Assembly: GCA_028872915.1 (NCBI GenBank) | Contig: JAGWNY010000004.1 | Coordinates: forward strand, 13,137 to 77,136 | From: Verrucomicrobiota bacterium | GTDB taxonomy: Bacteria > Verrucomicrobiota > Verrucomicrobiia > Limisphaerales > UBA11358 | DNA: 64,000 nt | Reading direction: 5' to 3' | Shown: positions 27,723-37,879 of the stretch, piece after piece | Layout of the letters: each line of letters opens with the position of its first letter | Numbering within the stretch: the first letter of the stretch is position 1 | Made by a program: the position numbers and the translations under genes | Notes under the pieces: model-generated | What the model saw: the letters and a program-made list of their open reading frames with translations, nothing else | What the model was told of the DNA's origin: nothing | Database searches by the model: none

Positions 27723-28514
27723 ATGTTAAGCTGCCGCTCTCGCTGCGGCGCGCGGGAAATGGAGTGTGTCATGATCGGTCCACTGAATGGAAAAAAAATA
27801 AATGGAGTCTCCCAAAACGGAGCGCTAATCAACGGAAACGCGGGCGCGGCCATCCATCCGGGCGCGGATTTGCTCATCCGCCGCTATCAGCCGCGCGACC
27901 GCGACGCCATCCGGCGGCTTTGCTGCGATACCGGTTTCCTGGGCAATCCCATTGAAGCCATTTTTACGGACAGGGACGTGTTTGCGGACTTGTTTACCAG
28001 GCCGTACCTCGATTTTGAATCGCGTTGGGCCTGGGTGGCGGAATCGCCCGAGGGCGTCGCCGGCTACCTCCTCGGCTCGGTCTCTCCCTTGTTTCATTAC
28101 ACCCTCCTTTTTGCCGGGTTTCAGACCACCCTCAAAATGTTGCGGCGCGCCGCCTTGGGCCGTTACAAAACGCGCCCGCGCGATGCCCGCTTCGTCCGCT
28201 GGGTCTTCACGAGCGGTTACCGCGAGCAGCCGCGCCATCCGGACCGCGCCGCCCATCTCCACCTCAACGTTGACAAGGCCCACCGCGGCCTTGGCCTGGC
28301 TCGCCGCCTCTGGCATGCGTTCGAAACCGAACTGCGAACCGCGGACGTTCAACGCTGTTACGGCGCCTTCTTTTCATTTCCCCGCCGCAGGCCCGAACAG
28401 GTCTATTCCAGATTTGGCTTTTCCGTTTTTGACCGCAAACCTACCACTCTCTTTCAGCCCGAAATCTCCGAACCGGTCGAAATCGTATGCGTTGAGAAAC
28501 AGATCGGGCGATGA
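27723..28514 (+). CDS. GNAT-family N-acetyltransferase
   Basis: LLIRRYQPRDRDAIRRL..., AHLHLNVDKAHRGLGLARRLW (acetyl-CoA binding R/Q-x-x-G-x-G/A), ...SRFGF. The start is uncertain. Confidence 0.5.
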   Translation: MLSCRSRCGAREMECVMIGPLNGKKINGVSQNGALINGNAGAAIHPGADLLIRRYQPRDRDAIRRLCCDTGFLGNPIEAIFTDRDVFADLFTRPYLDFESRWAWVAESPEGVAGYLLGSVSPLFHYTLLFAGFQTTLKMLRRAALGRYKTRPRDARFVRWVFTSGYREQPRHPDRAAHLHLNVDKAHRGLGLARRLWHAFETELRTADVQRCYGAFFSFPRRRPEQVYSRFGFSVFDRKPTTLFQPEISEPVEIVCVEKQIGR

Positions 28515-29386
28515 AAAAAACCATCTTCACGCTCACCGAGGCGCGTACGGCAACGCTTTACCTGCGCAACCTCTTCGCCCTCAATGCCAGGGATTGCGCC
28601 TGCCGCCATGAAACGTTTTTTGATTGGGGAAATCCCGCCATGTTTGGCCCCGCAATCTATGACGCCTTCGCCGGCCGCAACGGGAGAATCCGCCGCCGGC
28701 TCGAGCGCAAACGCCGTTATATCGAGAAACTTCCGGAAGCGGCCTATCTGGAATCCAGCCACGCTTTTCTGAAATCCTCTTACCTGGCGGCACTCGACGT
28801 CTTCCCAAATTTGCGCCTGATCCATCTCGTGCGCGATCCACTTAAAGTGGCCGCCAGCGCCGCTTGGCGCGAATTATGGCGCCGCCGCCTCCGCGTCCCT
28901 TTTCATTTTTACGCCGGCGACGACGGCAAACGCCATTTTGTCTGGGCGCTTACCGGCAACGAGGATATTTTCAGGCTCTTCGACGGCGCGCCCCTCACCT
29001 TGTTCCAATGGTACCTCCTTCAGTGGATCGAAATCGAAAACCGCGCGATGGCCTTTTTGAATGATTTTCAGCTCCATGGCCGGTGCTTCACCCTGCGCGT
29101 CCCCGAGGACCTCGACAACGCCGATATCCTCCGCCGGATGTTCGGCTTTTTCGGCCTGCCCGTCCGCCGCCCGCAAATCCTCCTCGCGCGCCGCAAAAAC
29201 CGCAGTTTCGGTTATATTTCCGCACCGCCCATCGGTCTGGAGCGGCAGCGCGGGCATATTCTCGAGCGTTTGCCGTCGCCGTACCTGCAAATTTTCCGGC
29301 GCGAACCTTACGCCTCTCTGCCGTGGAGCCGGCCCCTCCGGGAATCAGCCGCGCCCCCAATCCCCGCTGCAAAAGCAGGCGATTGA
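28511..29386 (+). CDS. sulfotransferase-like protein
   Basis: 291 aa. LRLIHLVRDPLKVAAS resembles the 3'-phosphate-binding motif of sulfotransferases. ATGA overlap with the GNAT gene. Confidence 0.4.
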   Translation: MKKTIFTLTEARTATLYLRNLFALNARDCACRHETFFDWGNPAMFGPAIYDAFAGRNGRIRRRLERKRRYIEKLPEAAYLESSHAFLKSSYLAALDVFPNLRLIHLVRDPLKVAASAAWRELWRRRLRVPFHFYAGDDGKRHFVWALTGNEDIFRLFDGAPLTLFQWYLLQWIEIENRAMAFLNDFQLHGRCFTLRVPEDLDNADILRRMFGFFGLPVRRPQILLARRKNRSFGYISAPPIGLERQRGHILERLPSPYLQIFRREPYASLPWSRPLRESAAPPIPAAKAGD

Positions 29387-29431
29387 ATTGCCTTTTCCCA
29401 CGCCTTTTTCTTCGATAGCCTCAATCCTTTC

Positions 29432-30298
29432 ATGAAGATTTTTATTGATGGAAAATATCATGCCGGGCGCGACGCCAAAATTTCCGTGTTCGACCATGGA
29501 TTCCTCTATGGCGACGGCGTGTTCGAGGGCATCCGCGCTTACAATGGGCGCTTGTTCAAACTCCGGGAGCACTTGGACAGGCTGTTTTGCTCCGCAAAAG
29601 CCATTTTATTGACCATTCCAATGACCGCGCCGGACCTCTTGAAGGCCACCGTCGGCGCCTGCCGCGCCAATAAAATTCGCGACGGTTATGTGCGGCTCAT
29701 CGTCACACGCGGCCTCGGCACCCTCGGCCTGGACCCCAGGCGCTGCAAGCGCCCCTCCATCATCATCATCGCCGACCACATCCAGCTTTATCCGGCGGAG
29801 TTGTATCAGCGCGGCATGGACATCGTCACCGTTCCGACGATCCGCAACCTCCCCGGCGCCGTGAATCCCGCCATCAAATCGCTCAATTACCTGAACAATA
29901 TCCTCGCAAAAATCGAGGCCAACAATGCCGGCGTCGAGGAAGCCGTCATGCTCAACGCCGCCGGGTTTGTCGCCGAATGCACCGGCGACAATCTCTTCAT
30001 CGTGAAAGATCGGCGCTTGATCACCCCGCCGCTCTCCGCGGGCGCGCTTTACGGCATTACACGGCGCTCCGTCATCGAATTGGCGGAGGCGGCGGGCGTC
30101 AAAACCCTCGAGGCAAACCTCACGCGCTACGATCTCTTCAATGCCGACGAATGTTTCATCACCGGCACGGCCGCTGAAATCGTTCCCGTCGTTAAAATTG
30201 ACGGGCGGGTCATTGGAACCGGCGCTCCAGGCTTGCTGACCAGGCGCCTCGTCGCCGATTATCACGCCCTCACCCGCTCCACCGGTGAACCAATTTGA
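29432..30298 (+). CDS. ilvE: branched-chain amino-acid aminotransferase (fold type IV)
   Basis: 288 aa. VFDHGFLYGDGVFEGIRAYNGRLFKLREHLDRL, IKSLNYLNNILAK, ECTGDNLF, GITR. Confidence 0.7.
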   Translation: MKIFIDGKYHAGRDAKISVFDHGFLYGDGVFEGIRAYNGRLFKLREHLDRLFCSAKAILLTIPMTAPDLLKATVGACRANKIRDGYVRLIVTRGLGTLGLDPRRCKRPSIIIIADHIQLYPAELYQRGMDIVTVPTIRNLPGAVNPAIKSLNYLNNILAKIEANNAGVEEAVMLNAAGFVAECTGDNLFIVKDRRLITPPLSAGALYGITRRSVIELAEAAGVKTLEANLTRYDLFNADECFITGTAAEIVPVVKIDGRVIGTGAPGLLTRRLVADYHALTRSTGEPI

Positions 30299-30301
30299 TT
30301 A

Positions 30302-30985
30302 TCAGGCGCCCGGGCCGGCCAACCCCCCGCCATTCGCCCGCGCGATTTTTCGCATTCTTTTGACCGCGGCCTTCAGGCTGCGCGCGCCAAACAACGACGT
30401 GCCCGCCACAAACGTGTCAGCCCCGGCCCGCGCGCATTCCGCCGCCGTTTGGAAGTTGATCCCACCGTCCACGCTGATGTGATAGCTGCCCTGCCTTTCC
30501 CGGCGCCATTCCGCCGCCTGCTGGACCTTGGGAAGCGTTTCATGGATGAATTCCTGCCCGCCGAATCCAGGATTCACCGTCATGATCAGCAGCGCGTCAA
30601 TCTTGTCCAGGAAAGGCCGCGCGAGCGAGATCGGCGTTGGCGGATTGATCGCCAGGCCCGCCTTCTTCCCAAGCTTTCGTACCTGCCAGATCAGCGAGTC
30701 CACCTGCCCCTCCAGTTCCACGTGTACGATGATTTCATCCGCCCCGGCCTCGGCAAACGGTTCCAGCAAAATTTCAGGCCGCGAACACATCAAATGCACG
30801 TCGAAAAATAACCGGCTCAGCGGCCGAATCGCTTTGACCACCTGCGGGCCGAACGAAATGTTGGACACAAAATGGCCGTCCATGATGTCCAGGTGCAGCC
30901 AGTCCGCGCCCGAACGGTCGGCCCGCGCCGCCGCCCTCCCAAATTCCGCGTGGTTGCCGGCAAGCAACGACGGTGCGATAATCAT
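30302..30985 (-). CDS. rpe: ribulose-phosphate 3-epimerase
   Basis: MIIAPSLLAGNHAEFG...DWLHLDIMDGHFVSNISFGP...DVHLM...VNPGFGGQ.F...VDGGI. Convergent with ilvE, separated by a 3-nt gap. Confidence 0.85.
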   Translation of the reverse strand: MIIAPSLLAGNHAEFGRAAARADRSGADWLHLDIMDGHFVSNISFGPQVVKAIRPLSRLFFDVHLMCSRPEILLEPFAEAGADEIIVHVELEGQVDSLIWQVRKLGKKAGLAINPPTPISLARPFLDKIDALLIMTVNPGFGGQEFIHETLPKVQQAAEWRRERQGSYHISVDGGINFQTAAECARAGADTFVAGTSLFGARSLKAAVKRMRKIARANGGGLAGPGA

Positions 30986-31029
30986 CCCTCCAGAATACCC
31001 CATCCGGTTTCCAAGACGAGAAAAACCGC

Positions 31030-31270
31030 GCCAGCCCCTCCCTGTCCTCCATGCCTCCGTGGTGAAATCATCCCGTCCATCCTGTCATCCTGTCCAAAAT
31101 CCCCCTCCGTGATCCCCCGGTACCGCGCCCGCCCCCGGGCGCCGTTGCTGGCGCCCCGTCAGCAACACCGCCTTCCCCCTCCAAATCCGCGGCTGAATTA
31201 TTCCGCCAATGTCTTTCATCCTGTCCAAAACCCCCCTCTGCCTCCCCCGTGCCGAAAATCCCGTTTCCCG
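31030..31270. repeat. twin-hairpin modular intergenic repeat, 1 copy (reverse orientation)
   Basis: The core GGTACCGCGCCCGCCCCCGGGCGCCGTTGCTGGCGCCCCGTCAGCAACACC lies at 31119-31169. It is flanked by CATCCTGTCC(A)AAAT-type units and the GCGGCTGAATTATTCCGCC module. Same family as the copies at 33.2, 39.6, 39.9, 52.1 and 55.1-55.4 kb. Confidence 0.85.
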
Positions 31271-31277
31271 CCCACCA

Positions 31278-31964
31278 TTACCTCTCCCGGGGGCGCAGGA
31301 CGTCCACCGCGATTTCCGCCTTGTTCTTGGCGATCGAACGGGCGGGTAGCGTCCCGCGCCAGAAAACGTTCGGATAAATCACCGCCCCCCGCCCCACCAC
31401 GCTGCCCGGATTCAGAACCGCGTTGCACCCGATTTCCGCGCCGTCGCCGATCAGCGCGCCGAATTTCCGCAGCCCCGTGTCCAGCGGCGCGCCTTCCACC
31501 TCCACCGTGATGTTGCCCGCAAAAAGCTTGTAATTGGAAAGTTTCACCCCGGCCCCCAGGTGCGCGCCGCTGCCCAGGATCGAATCGCCAACGTAATTGA
31601 AGTGCGGAACCTGCGCGCCGTTGAATAACATCGAGTTCTTCAATTCGCACGAGTTGCCAATCACGCAGTCGTTTCCCACAATCACGTTTTCGCGGATATA
31701 CGCGTTGTGGCGAATGCGGCAGTTCTCCCCTATCCACGCCGGTCCCTTGATCATCGCTCCGTCTTCCACCATCGTTCCCTTGCCAATGAAGACCTTCGCC
31801 CCGATGTACGCCACCCCTTCGCACTGGTTGTGAAGCCCCGGTTTCAGATGGGCCGCCAGCCACGTCTCGATCCGCGGCAGCGCTTCCCATCCAAACCGGC
31901 ATTCCGCAAATAGCGAGGCCTGCGCCGTTTGCGCCAGGTCAAATAAATCGGCCGGTTTGAACAT
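31278..31964 (-). CDS. left-handed beta-helix (hexapeptide) acyl/acetyltransferase, GlmU C-terminal-like
   Basis: 228 aa. Reiterated hexapeptide pattern (IGENCRIRHNAYIRENVIVGNDCVIGNSCELKNSMLFNGAQV..., GDGAEIGCNAVLNPGSVVG). Confidence 0.65.
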   Translation of the reverse strand: MFKPADLFDLAQTAQASLFAECRFGWEALPRIETWLAAHLKPGLHNQCEGVAYIGAKVFIGKGTMVEDGAMIKGPAWIGENCRIRHNAYIRENVIVGNDCVIGNSCELKNSMLFNGAQVPHFNYVGDSILGSGAHLGAGVKLSNYKLFAGNITVEVEGAPLDTGLRKFGALIGDGAEIGCNAVLNPGSVVGRGAVIYPNVFWRGTLPARSIAKNKAEIAVDVLRPRER

Positions 31965-32128
31965 GCCTGGGAGCCTAGTCGAGCCTTCCCCGAATAACGA
32001 TCCGAATTTTCAACCGCCAATGCGCGCAATCCCCAACCCCCTCCCCCCCAAACCGCGAAATGAATGTTTGAATTTCGCATTCGCCCTTTCATTCGTATCG
32101 TTCCCCACAACGTTTATCCCCATACCTT

Positions 32129-33124
32129 ATGGCAAACAAAAAAGAATCAACGTCAGGCCCCGTCTCCCAATTCATTCGCCGCCATTTCCGCCATTTCAAC
32201 GCCGCCTCCCTCCTGGATGCGGCCCGCGCTTACACCGCCCACCTCCACAACGGCGGACGCATGATGGTCTGCCTCGCCGGCGCCATGAGCACCGCCGAAT
32301 TGGGCCTTTCCCTTGCCGAAATGATCCGCCGCGACAAGGTCCATTTGATCACCTGCACCGGCGCCAACCTCGAGGAAGACGTTTTCAACCTCGTCGCCCA
32401 CGATCATTACCAGCGCGTCCCGCATTACCGCCATCTCTCGCCCGCCGGGGAGCGGAACTTGTTGAAACGGCATCTCAACCGCGTCACCGATACCTGCATC
32501 CCCGAAGACGAAGCCATGCGCCGCATCGAAAAGGCGATGCTCGAGGTGTGGACGGCCGCCGACAGGAACGGTGAACGGTTTTTTCCGCATGAATTTTTTT
32601 ACAACGTCCTGCGCTCCGGCAAATACGAAAAATTTTATCAAATTGATCCAAAGGACTCCTGGATGCTTGCCGCCGCCGAAAAAAACCTGCCCATCGTCGT
32701 CCCCGGCTGGGAGGATTCCACCCTCGGCAACATGTTCGCCGCCGCCGTCATTCGCCGCGATATCCGCAACGTCCACACCGTGCGCACCGGCATCGAATAC
32801 ATGACCTGGCTCGCCGATTTTTACGGGCGCACGGCCCCTAAGAGTTCCCTCGGCATGTTCCAGATCGGCGGCGGCATTGCCGGCGATTTTCCCATTTGCG
32901 TCGTCCCCATGCTGCACCAGGACCTCGATCGCGCGAACGTCCCGCTCTGGGGTTATTTCTGCCAGATCAGCGATTCCACCACCAGCTACGGCAGCTATTC
33001 CGGCGCCGTGCCCAACGAAAAAATTACCTGGGGCAAACTCGGTGTGGACACACCCCGGTTCATCATCGAATCCGACGCCACCATCGTCGCGCCCCTCATC
33101 TTCGCGCACGTGCTCGAATGGTAA
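32129..33124 (+). CDS. deoxyhypusine synthase-family protein
   Basis: 331 aa. MVCLAGAMSTAELG...ITCTGANLEEDVFNL...GGGIAGDFP...KITWGK. This pattern matches DHS-like enzymes. Confidence 0.7.
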   Translation: MANKKESTSGPVSQFIRRHFRHFNAASLLDAARAYTAHLHNGGRMMVCLAGAMSTAELGLSLAEMIRRDKVHLITCTGANLEEDVFNLVAHDHYQRVPHYRHLSPAGERNLLKRHLNRVTDTCIPEDEAMRRIEKAMLEVWTAADRNGERFFPHEFFYNVLRSGKYEKFYQIDPKDSWMLAAAEKNLPIVVPGWEDSTLGNMFAAAVIRRDIRNVHTVRTGIEYMTWLADFYGRTAPKSSLGMFQIGGGIAGDFPICVVPMLHQDLDRANVPLWGYFCQISDSTTSYGSYSGAVPNEKITWGKLGVDTPRFIIESDATIVAPLIFAHVLEW

Positions 33125-33149
33125 ATCGCAAAAGTCTGCAAAACCTAAA

Positions 33150-33495
33150 AATCCCCGCCCCATCCCGCCCCTCCCTGTCCCCCGTGCCCTCCGTGGTGAA
33201 ATCATCCTGTCCATCCCGTCATCCTGTCCAAAATCCCCCTCCGTGATCCCCCGGTACCGCGCCCGCCCCGGGCGCCGTTGCTGACGCCCCGTCAGCAACA
33301 CCGCTTTGCCAAAAAGACCCGTGGCCGAACTGTTCCGCCATTGTTTTTCATCCTGTCCATCCTGTCATCCTGTCAAAAAATCTCTGTTCAATTCGCGGCC
33401 AAACCTTTGCGCCCGCTGCGGCCTTTGCGTGAGGCTTTTTCCCCTCATTCCGCAATCTGACAATCTGATAATTTGATAACTTGATAATTTCATAA
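33150..33495. repeat. twin-hairpin modular repeat (reverse orientation) plus an AT-rich TGATAAxT microsatellite tail
   Basis: Core at 33253-33302. CATCCTGTCC units on both sides. The tail is GCAATCTGACAATCTGATAATTTGATAACTTGATAATTTCATAATT (33452-33497). Confidence 0.85.
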
Positions 33496-33498
33496 TTG

Positions 33499-34941
33499 CT
33501 ATTCCATCACCCTCAAACCGCGCTCAAAGACCCCCATCGAACCGGCCGTCTCGGGGTCATCGCCATCCTCCGGCCCCTCAAACGGCGCCGCGGCGCAGCC
33601 GGCCGCCTGCAGCGTTTCGGGCAGGAATCCCGTGTTGCCCCAGGGCAAGTCCGCGAAACCCAGATCATACACCTTGTTGATCTCATTGAACGGCACACCC
33701 ATCCCAAACATCCTGGACGCCGCATCGGCCCGCGTCCGCCGCGCCTCCTGCATCACCGGCAGCGATTCCACGTCAAACCAGCCCACCAGATCGTCGCCAA
33801 ACGCGCGCACTATCGGCTGCACCGCCGCTTCCAGGCGATGACAGATGGGCGTGATGGTGTTTTCGATGAAACCGAACCGTTCCTGTTCCTCCCCCTGCCC
33901 CGTGCCCAGCGATCGCGTCACCACAAAACCCATCATGATTTGCGGCACGCCGAATATCGCGCAGATTTCCTGCCGCAGCAGGTTGCGCGTTTCCAGAAAC
34001 TGCATGTCCACGTTTGAAATTTTCGGTTTCTCTATCTTCACGCCGCTGGAAAGAAACAGCGGTCGGTCCGGCGTCCCGGCCTTGCGCTTGCGCTCGCGCA
34101 ACGCCGCCATGAATTGTTCCCGCTGCTCCTGCGTCAAATTCTGGTCCGTGGTGGCGATGATCCCCGTGTCGGCGTTGTTCATCAGCAATCCCTTTTGGAA
34201 CATGGAAGCCGCGTAGTCCGCCGCCGCCGGCAACATCGCCACCAGCAGCGGCGACATTCCCCGCCAATACAAATAGGGATTCGGCGCGCGGCTGTGGATC
34301 ACTTCCGAGGGCAGCAGCATTTCGGAAGGCAGCGGAGTCAGCAGCGGCGAGCCCGTGTATCGCCACGCCTCGAGGGTGTAGCCCGTGACGACGTGCCAGA
34401 ATAATTCCGGCGGCAGCGTAATCATGCGCTCGATCCCCGGACGGCGCGCCGCCAAATCCACCGGGCGGTCCTCGTCGTCCAGGCCCAGGATGAAGAACTC
34501 GCCCCGCAACGCCAGCCACGTGACCGCCATTTCCCAAAACAACTCCCGCGGCATCGTGGGATGCGGGTGCCCGAACAATTCCACGCACGGCCCCGAATCG
34601 AGAACGCCCCCGCCCAGCGCCCGCCGGCACAGCGCCTTGTCCCGTCCGTCCCCCGATTGCCGCAACGCCCGGATGCGCGCCGCGCGCCCGCCCGGCACGC
34701 GCGAGACGCGGAAGGGCACGTTCGCCGCGTTCTTCGCCAAAATGCACACCGCCGTGTAAACCCACGAGCTTTGCATGTAGGGCGAAACCAGCGTGGCGCC
34801 CTGGTCGTTGTCCGGCACGTCCATCCCCTGCGTCCAGGCCTGGAGATCGGGGGAAAGCGTTTTGGTCCGCGCGTTGTTGCCCCCGCCCCCGCCCAGCGAG
34901 AGGGCAAACTCCCTTTTGCCAATTGTCAAGGATAATTTCAT
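33499..34941 (-). CDS. phage portal protein (HK97-type)
   Basis: MKLSLTIGKREF... Conserved portal features: WVYTAV..IA.N.A.VPF, HPHPTM, EVIHSR.PNP, RGMSPL, FLETR...EICAIFGVP. ATG at 34941 overlaps the terminase stop (ATGA), so the track start at 35004 looks over-extended. Confidence 0.8.
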   Translation of the reverse strand: MKLSLTIGKREFALSLGGGGGNNARTKTLSPDLQAWTQGMDVPDNDQGATLVSPYMQSSWVYTAVCILAKNAANVPFRVSRVPGGRAARIRALRQSGDGRDKALCRRALGGGVLDSGPCVELFGHPHPTMPRELFWEMAVTWLALRGEFFILGLDDEDRPVDLAARRPGIERMITLPPELFWHVVTGYTLEAWRYTGSPLLTPLPSEMLLPSEVIHSRAPNPYLYWRGMSPLLVAMLPAAADYAASMFQKGLLMNNADTGIIATTDQNLTQEQREQFMAALRERKRKAGTPDRPLFLSSGVKIEKPKISNVDMQFLETRNLLRQEICAIFGVPQIMMGFVVTRSLGTGQGEEQERFGFIENTITPICHRLEAAVQPIVRAFGDDLVGWFDVESLPVMQEARRTRADAASRMFGMGVPFNEINKVYDLGFADLPWGNTGFLPETLQAAGCAAAPFEGPEDGDDPETAGSMGVFERGLRVME

Positions 34942-36296
34942 GCCACCAGCGCCCAGATTTCCTGTTTCGTTTCCGCCGCGTGCAACGCCAGCGCCAACGC
35001 CCAAAACCGGTCGCTATGGCCCCCAGGCCCCCGGTCGGCCTGGAAGCGCACGTTGCCGGCCGCCGTCGTTTCCTTCCGGATCGCGCGCAAGTCGGAGCGG
35101 ACTTTTTCGTCGTTGGGTACGCGGACGGCGCGGTCCTCAAACGCGCCGCGCGCCAGGAAGGCCAATTCCTCCTTGACGGCCGCGGTAAAGCTCACGCCTT
35201 CCACCCTCCCGGCGCCAAACCGCTGCCGCGCCCGCTCGGCGAATTGCCGTCCAATCCCCGTTTCATCAATGCAGCACCGCCGCGCCCGGGGCAGCGCGAG
35301 GATTTCGTAAAGCGCGCTCTCCTGGGCGTCGAAGCCCGCCTGCTTGAGGCAGATGACGCGCCGCGTGTAACTCACGTCGCCCAGCCGCTCGACCACCCAG
35401 ATGACCGTCCAATCATGCTCCCGGCCCACGTCCACGCCGGTGTACAGCGGGCCTTTGGCGTCCTCCAAATCCGCCTGCCAGGCCTCGTCCCGGCGATACT
35501 CGCAGCCGGCAATGCTTTCCCAGGAAAGAAACGCCGCGTTGTCATCGCCCGGCACGCACATGTACTCCTGGAGAAACGTCTCCTCGTCCGGACAACCATT
35601 TTTGATGAAATTGAAATAATCGGCCTCGTCCATGCCCAGCCGCGCGTCGTCTTCCGGCAGGCGGCTTTGCAGGCGCGAAAGAAAACCCTGGGCCAGGGCG
35701 TCCTCCAGCGTGACCCGATGGACGGAAAACCCCTTGGGATTGCCCTTGTGCCGCGCTTCTTCGATCAGTTCGTTGAAATAGTTGGCCGAGCCGCGATGCG
35801 TCGAAAAAATCTCCAGGCTCCCGCCCCAGGTGATGCCCGGATACGCAATCGCGTAGAGGCGGCGCGGGTCGGGATGGAGGGCAAACTCGTCGAGGACGCG
35901 GTCGCCGCGTTTGCCGGCCTGGGCGTCGGGATTGGAGGAGATGGAATGGAGGCGCAATCCGTTTGCAAAGGCGAGCACGAAGGCGGTGCTGCCCTTGCCA
36001 TCGAGGACGATCTCTCCCAGGTCGCGCGCCGCCAAATTCAGGATGCGGGCAAAATGACTGCAATCCACTACAAATAGCCGGGCTTGGATTTCGTCCCGCG
36101 AGGAAATCCAGGCGTCCAGGCGCGCTTTCTTCAGCGATTTTCTGGCCGCCAGCGAATAGGCGGTCGCCCACGTCCAGCCGATCTGGCGGGATTTCTCGGC
36201 GATTTTCAGCCGCGCCCTGTCCTTGATCCACGCCGCCTGGTACGGCAGGAACCGGGCCGAGCCGTCCGCGACTTTTGCGTTGCCTCTTGTTTTCAC
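34938..36296 (-). CDS. phage terminase large subunit
   Basis: 452 aa. LPYQAAWIKD.ARLKIAEKSRQIGWTWA (ATPase N-domain), VLDEFALH (Walker B-like), FLQEYMCVPGDD and a C-terminal nuclease-like GVDVGREHDWTV...IDETGIG. Confidence 0.8.
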   Translation of the reverse strand: MKTRGNAKVADGSARFLPYQAAWIKDRARLKIAEKSRQIGWTWATAYSLAARKSLKKARLDAWISSRDEIQARLFVVDCSHFARILNLAARDLGEIVLDGKGSTAFVLAFANGLRLHSISSNPDAQAGKRGDRVLDEFALHPDPRRLYAIAYPGITWGGSLEIFSTHRGSANYFNELIEEARHKGNPKGFSVHRVTLEDALAQGFLSRLQSRLPEDDARLGMDEADYFNFIKNGCPDEETFLQEYMCVPGDDNAAFLSWESIAGCEYRRDEAWQADLEDAKGPLYTGVDVGREHDWTVIWVVERLGDVSYTRRVICLKQAGFDAQESALYEILALPRARRCCIDETGIGRQFAERARQRFGAGRVEGVSFTAAVKEELAFLARGAFEDRAVRVPNDEKVRSDLRAIRKETTAAGNVRFQADRGPGGHSDRFWALALALHAAETKQEIWALVA

Positions 36297-36323
36297 GGGA
36301 AAGTCACCCGGGTTGGGACGGTT

Positions 36324-36911
36324 TCATAACAATTTCGTGGCCTCCTCGATTTGCGCGAGGGTTTCGGGCGTGAGGCCGCCGCCGGCTTTGTCGGCGAGGC
36401 CCTGGGCGGCGGCGCTTTTGGCCTCGCGCAGCCTTTGTTGTTCGGCTGCTCCCGCGGCGAGCCGCGCCAGCGCGTTGACGATGGCCCCATAGCGTTCGGG
36501 CTTTTCTTCCAGCAGCGCCTTGAGCCGGGCCGGATTGAAATCTGCCAGCACCTCGTAAATCTGGGAAGCGGCGATATGAAACGTCGCCTCCGAAATTTGC
36601 GAACCCTGGCATTGCTTCACGATTTCGAGGGCGAGGTCGCGGCGCCGGGCCATCATGCCCAGCCGCTCCTCTTCCGCCAGCCGCTCCCGTTCCGCCAGCC
36701 AGTCCAGGTAGCCGCCGTGGCGCCAGATGGTAATACTGCAATCTGACACGTCCTTGATTCCCTGCGCCTCCAGATATTCGATGACTTGCCTGGCCGTCGC
36801 GCCGTCCCGGAGCATTTCATTGACGCGCGTTCGCACCGCGTAGGGCGCGCGCGCAACCTTTCCGTTTCGGGCGGCGCCCAGGCCGAAATAGGCTGCTCGG
36901 GTCCGGCTCAT
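36324..36911 (-). CDS. terminase small-subunit-like DNA-binding protein (Mu gp27/DUF3486-like), full-length copy
   Basis: 195 aa. Located directly upstream of TerL. N-terminal HTH-like VARAPYAVRTRVNEMLRDGATARQVIEYLEAQG and a coiled-coil C-terminus. The assignment is positional plus a loose pattern match. Confidence 0.45.
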   Translation of the reverse strand: MSRTRAAYFGLGAARNGKVARAPYAVRTRVNEMLRDGATARQVIEYLEAQGIKDVSDCSITIWRHGGYLDWLAERERLAEEERLGMMARRRDLALEIVKQCQGSQISEATFHIAASQIYEVLADFNPARLKALLEEKPERYGAIVNALARLAAGAAEQQRLREAKSAAAQGLADKAGGGLTPETLAQIEEATKLL

Positions 36912-37201
36912 GACGATATTGCCCGTTCGTAATGGCGCACACCCGCGGCGTGAATGCGGTAGAGGCGGCCGGTGGTTCCCGGCTCGTCCACGCGGGCAAT
37001 CAAGCCTTCATCGGCCAGAAATTCGGCCTCGCGGCGCACCTCGACCGGGGTGAAATCGTACCGTTCCCGCGCGGCGTCGCGGCCGATGCGCCCGGCGGAC
37101 AGGGCGATGGGGCGGACGGCGTAAAGCTGGAACAGAATTTCCTTCCGGATTTGGTCTTCTCTTGTCATCTGTCTCTTGATTCGTGTTTCATCCATATTCA
37201 T
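36908..37201 (-). CDS. small winged-helix-like protein, copy A
   Basis: 97 aa. ATGA overlap with the downstream gene. ~90% identical to copy B (37876..38139). Confidence 0.5.
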   Translation of the reverse strand: MNMDETRIKRQMTREDQIRKEILFQLYAVRPIALSAGRIGRDAARERYDFTPVEVRREAEFLADEGLIARVDEPGTTGRLYRIHAAGVRHYERAISS

Positions 37202-37207
37202 TCGCGG

Positions 37208-37879
37208 CTAATCATCCGCCTCATCGCTCGTTGGGATAGTCTTGACGCCGAGGCGGCCGGCGATCAAATAGAGGTTGCGGGAAATGCCGTTGATTTTGCG
37301 GTGCAGTTTCCCGCTGTTTCTGGACTGGTCGAACCGCAGGTCCTCGATTTTTTGGCGGACGGCGTCCAGGTCCGCCTTCACTTCGGCCGTGGTGGCGGAT
37401 TGCTCCACGGTCTGAATATCGAGCGGGGGCCGGGCGGTCACGCGGGTGTGCGCCGGACGCCGAAAGAACGCGGCGGCCAGCAGCGCCTTGAGGCGGGCCG
37501 GATTGAAATGCCCCAGCACCTCGTAAACCTGGGAAGCGGCGATATGAAACGCGGCTTCGGAAATCCGGGAGCCCTGGCATTGCTTCACGATTTCGAGGGC
37601 GAGGTCGCGTCGCCGGGCCATCATGGCCAGGCGCTCCTGTTCCGCCGGTGGCTGCTGTTCCGCCAGCCAGTCCTGGTAGCCGCCGTGGCGCCAAACCGAA
37701 ATGTTGCAATCTGACACGTCCTTGATTCCCTGCGCCTCCAGATATTCGATCACTTGCCTGGCGGCCGCGCCGTCCCGGAGCATTTCGTTGACGCGCGTTC
37801 GCACGGCGTAGGGCGCGCGCGCAACCTTTCCGATTCGGGCGCGCCTTGTGCCGCAACAGGCTGTTGGAGTCTCGCTCAT
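37208..37879 (-). CDS. chimeric ORF: N-terminal ~145 aa of the TerS-like protein fused to the C-terminal ~75 aa of the small coiled-coil protein
   Basis: Residues 15-145 are near-identical to 36324..36911. From ...KALLAAAFFRRPAHTRVTARPPLDIQ... onward the sequence parallels the C-terminus of 38155..38478. Confidence 0.6.
   Translation of the reverse strand: MSETPTACCGTRRARIGKVARAPYAVRTRVNEMLRDGAAARQVIEYLEAQGIKDVSDCNISVWRHGGYQDWLAEQQPPAEQERLAMMARRRDLALEIVKQCQGSRISEAAFHIAASQVYEVLGHFNPARLKALLAAAFFRRPAHTRVTARPPLDIQTVEQSATTAEVKADLDAVRQKIEDLRFDQSRNSGKLHRKINGISRNLYLIAGRLGVKTIPTSDEADD

Noticed and set aside
33773-35140. 455-aa ORF 33773..35140(-) overlapping the portal and terminase genes in another frame.
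   Set aside because: It has Gly/Arg/Ala-rich low-complexity composition. The portal frame carries the conserved portal motifs.
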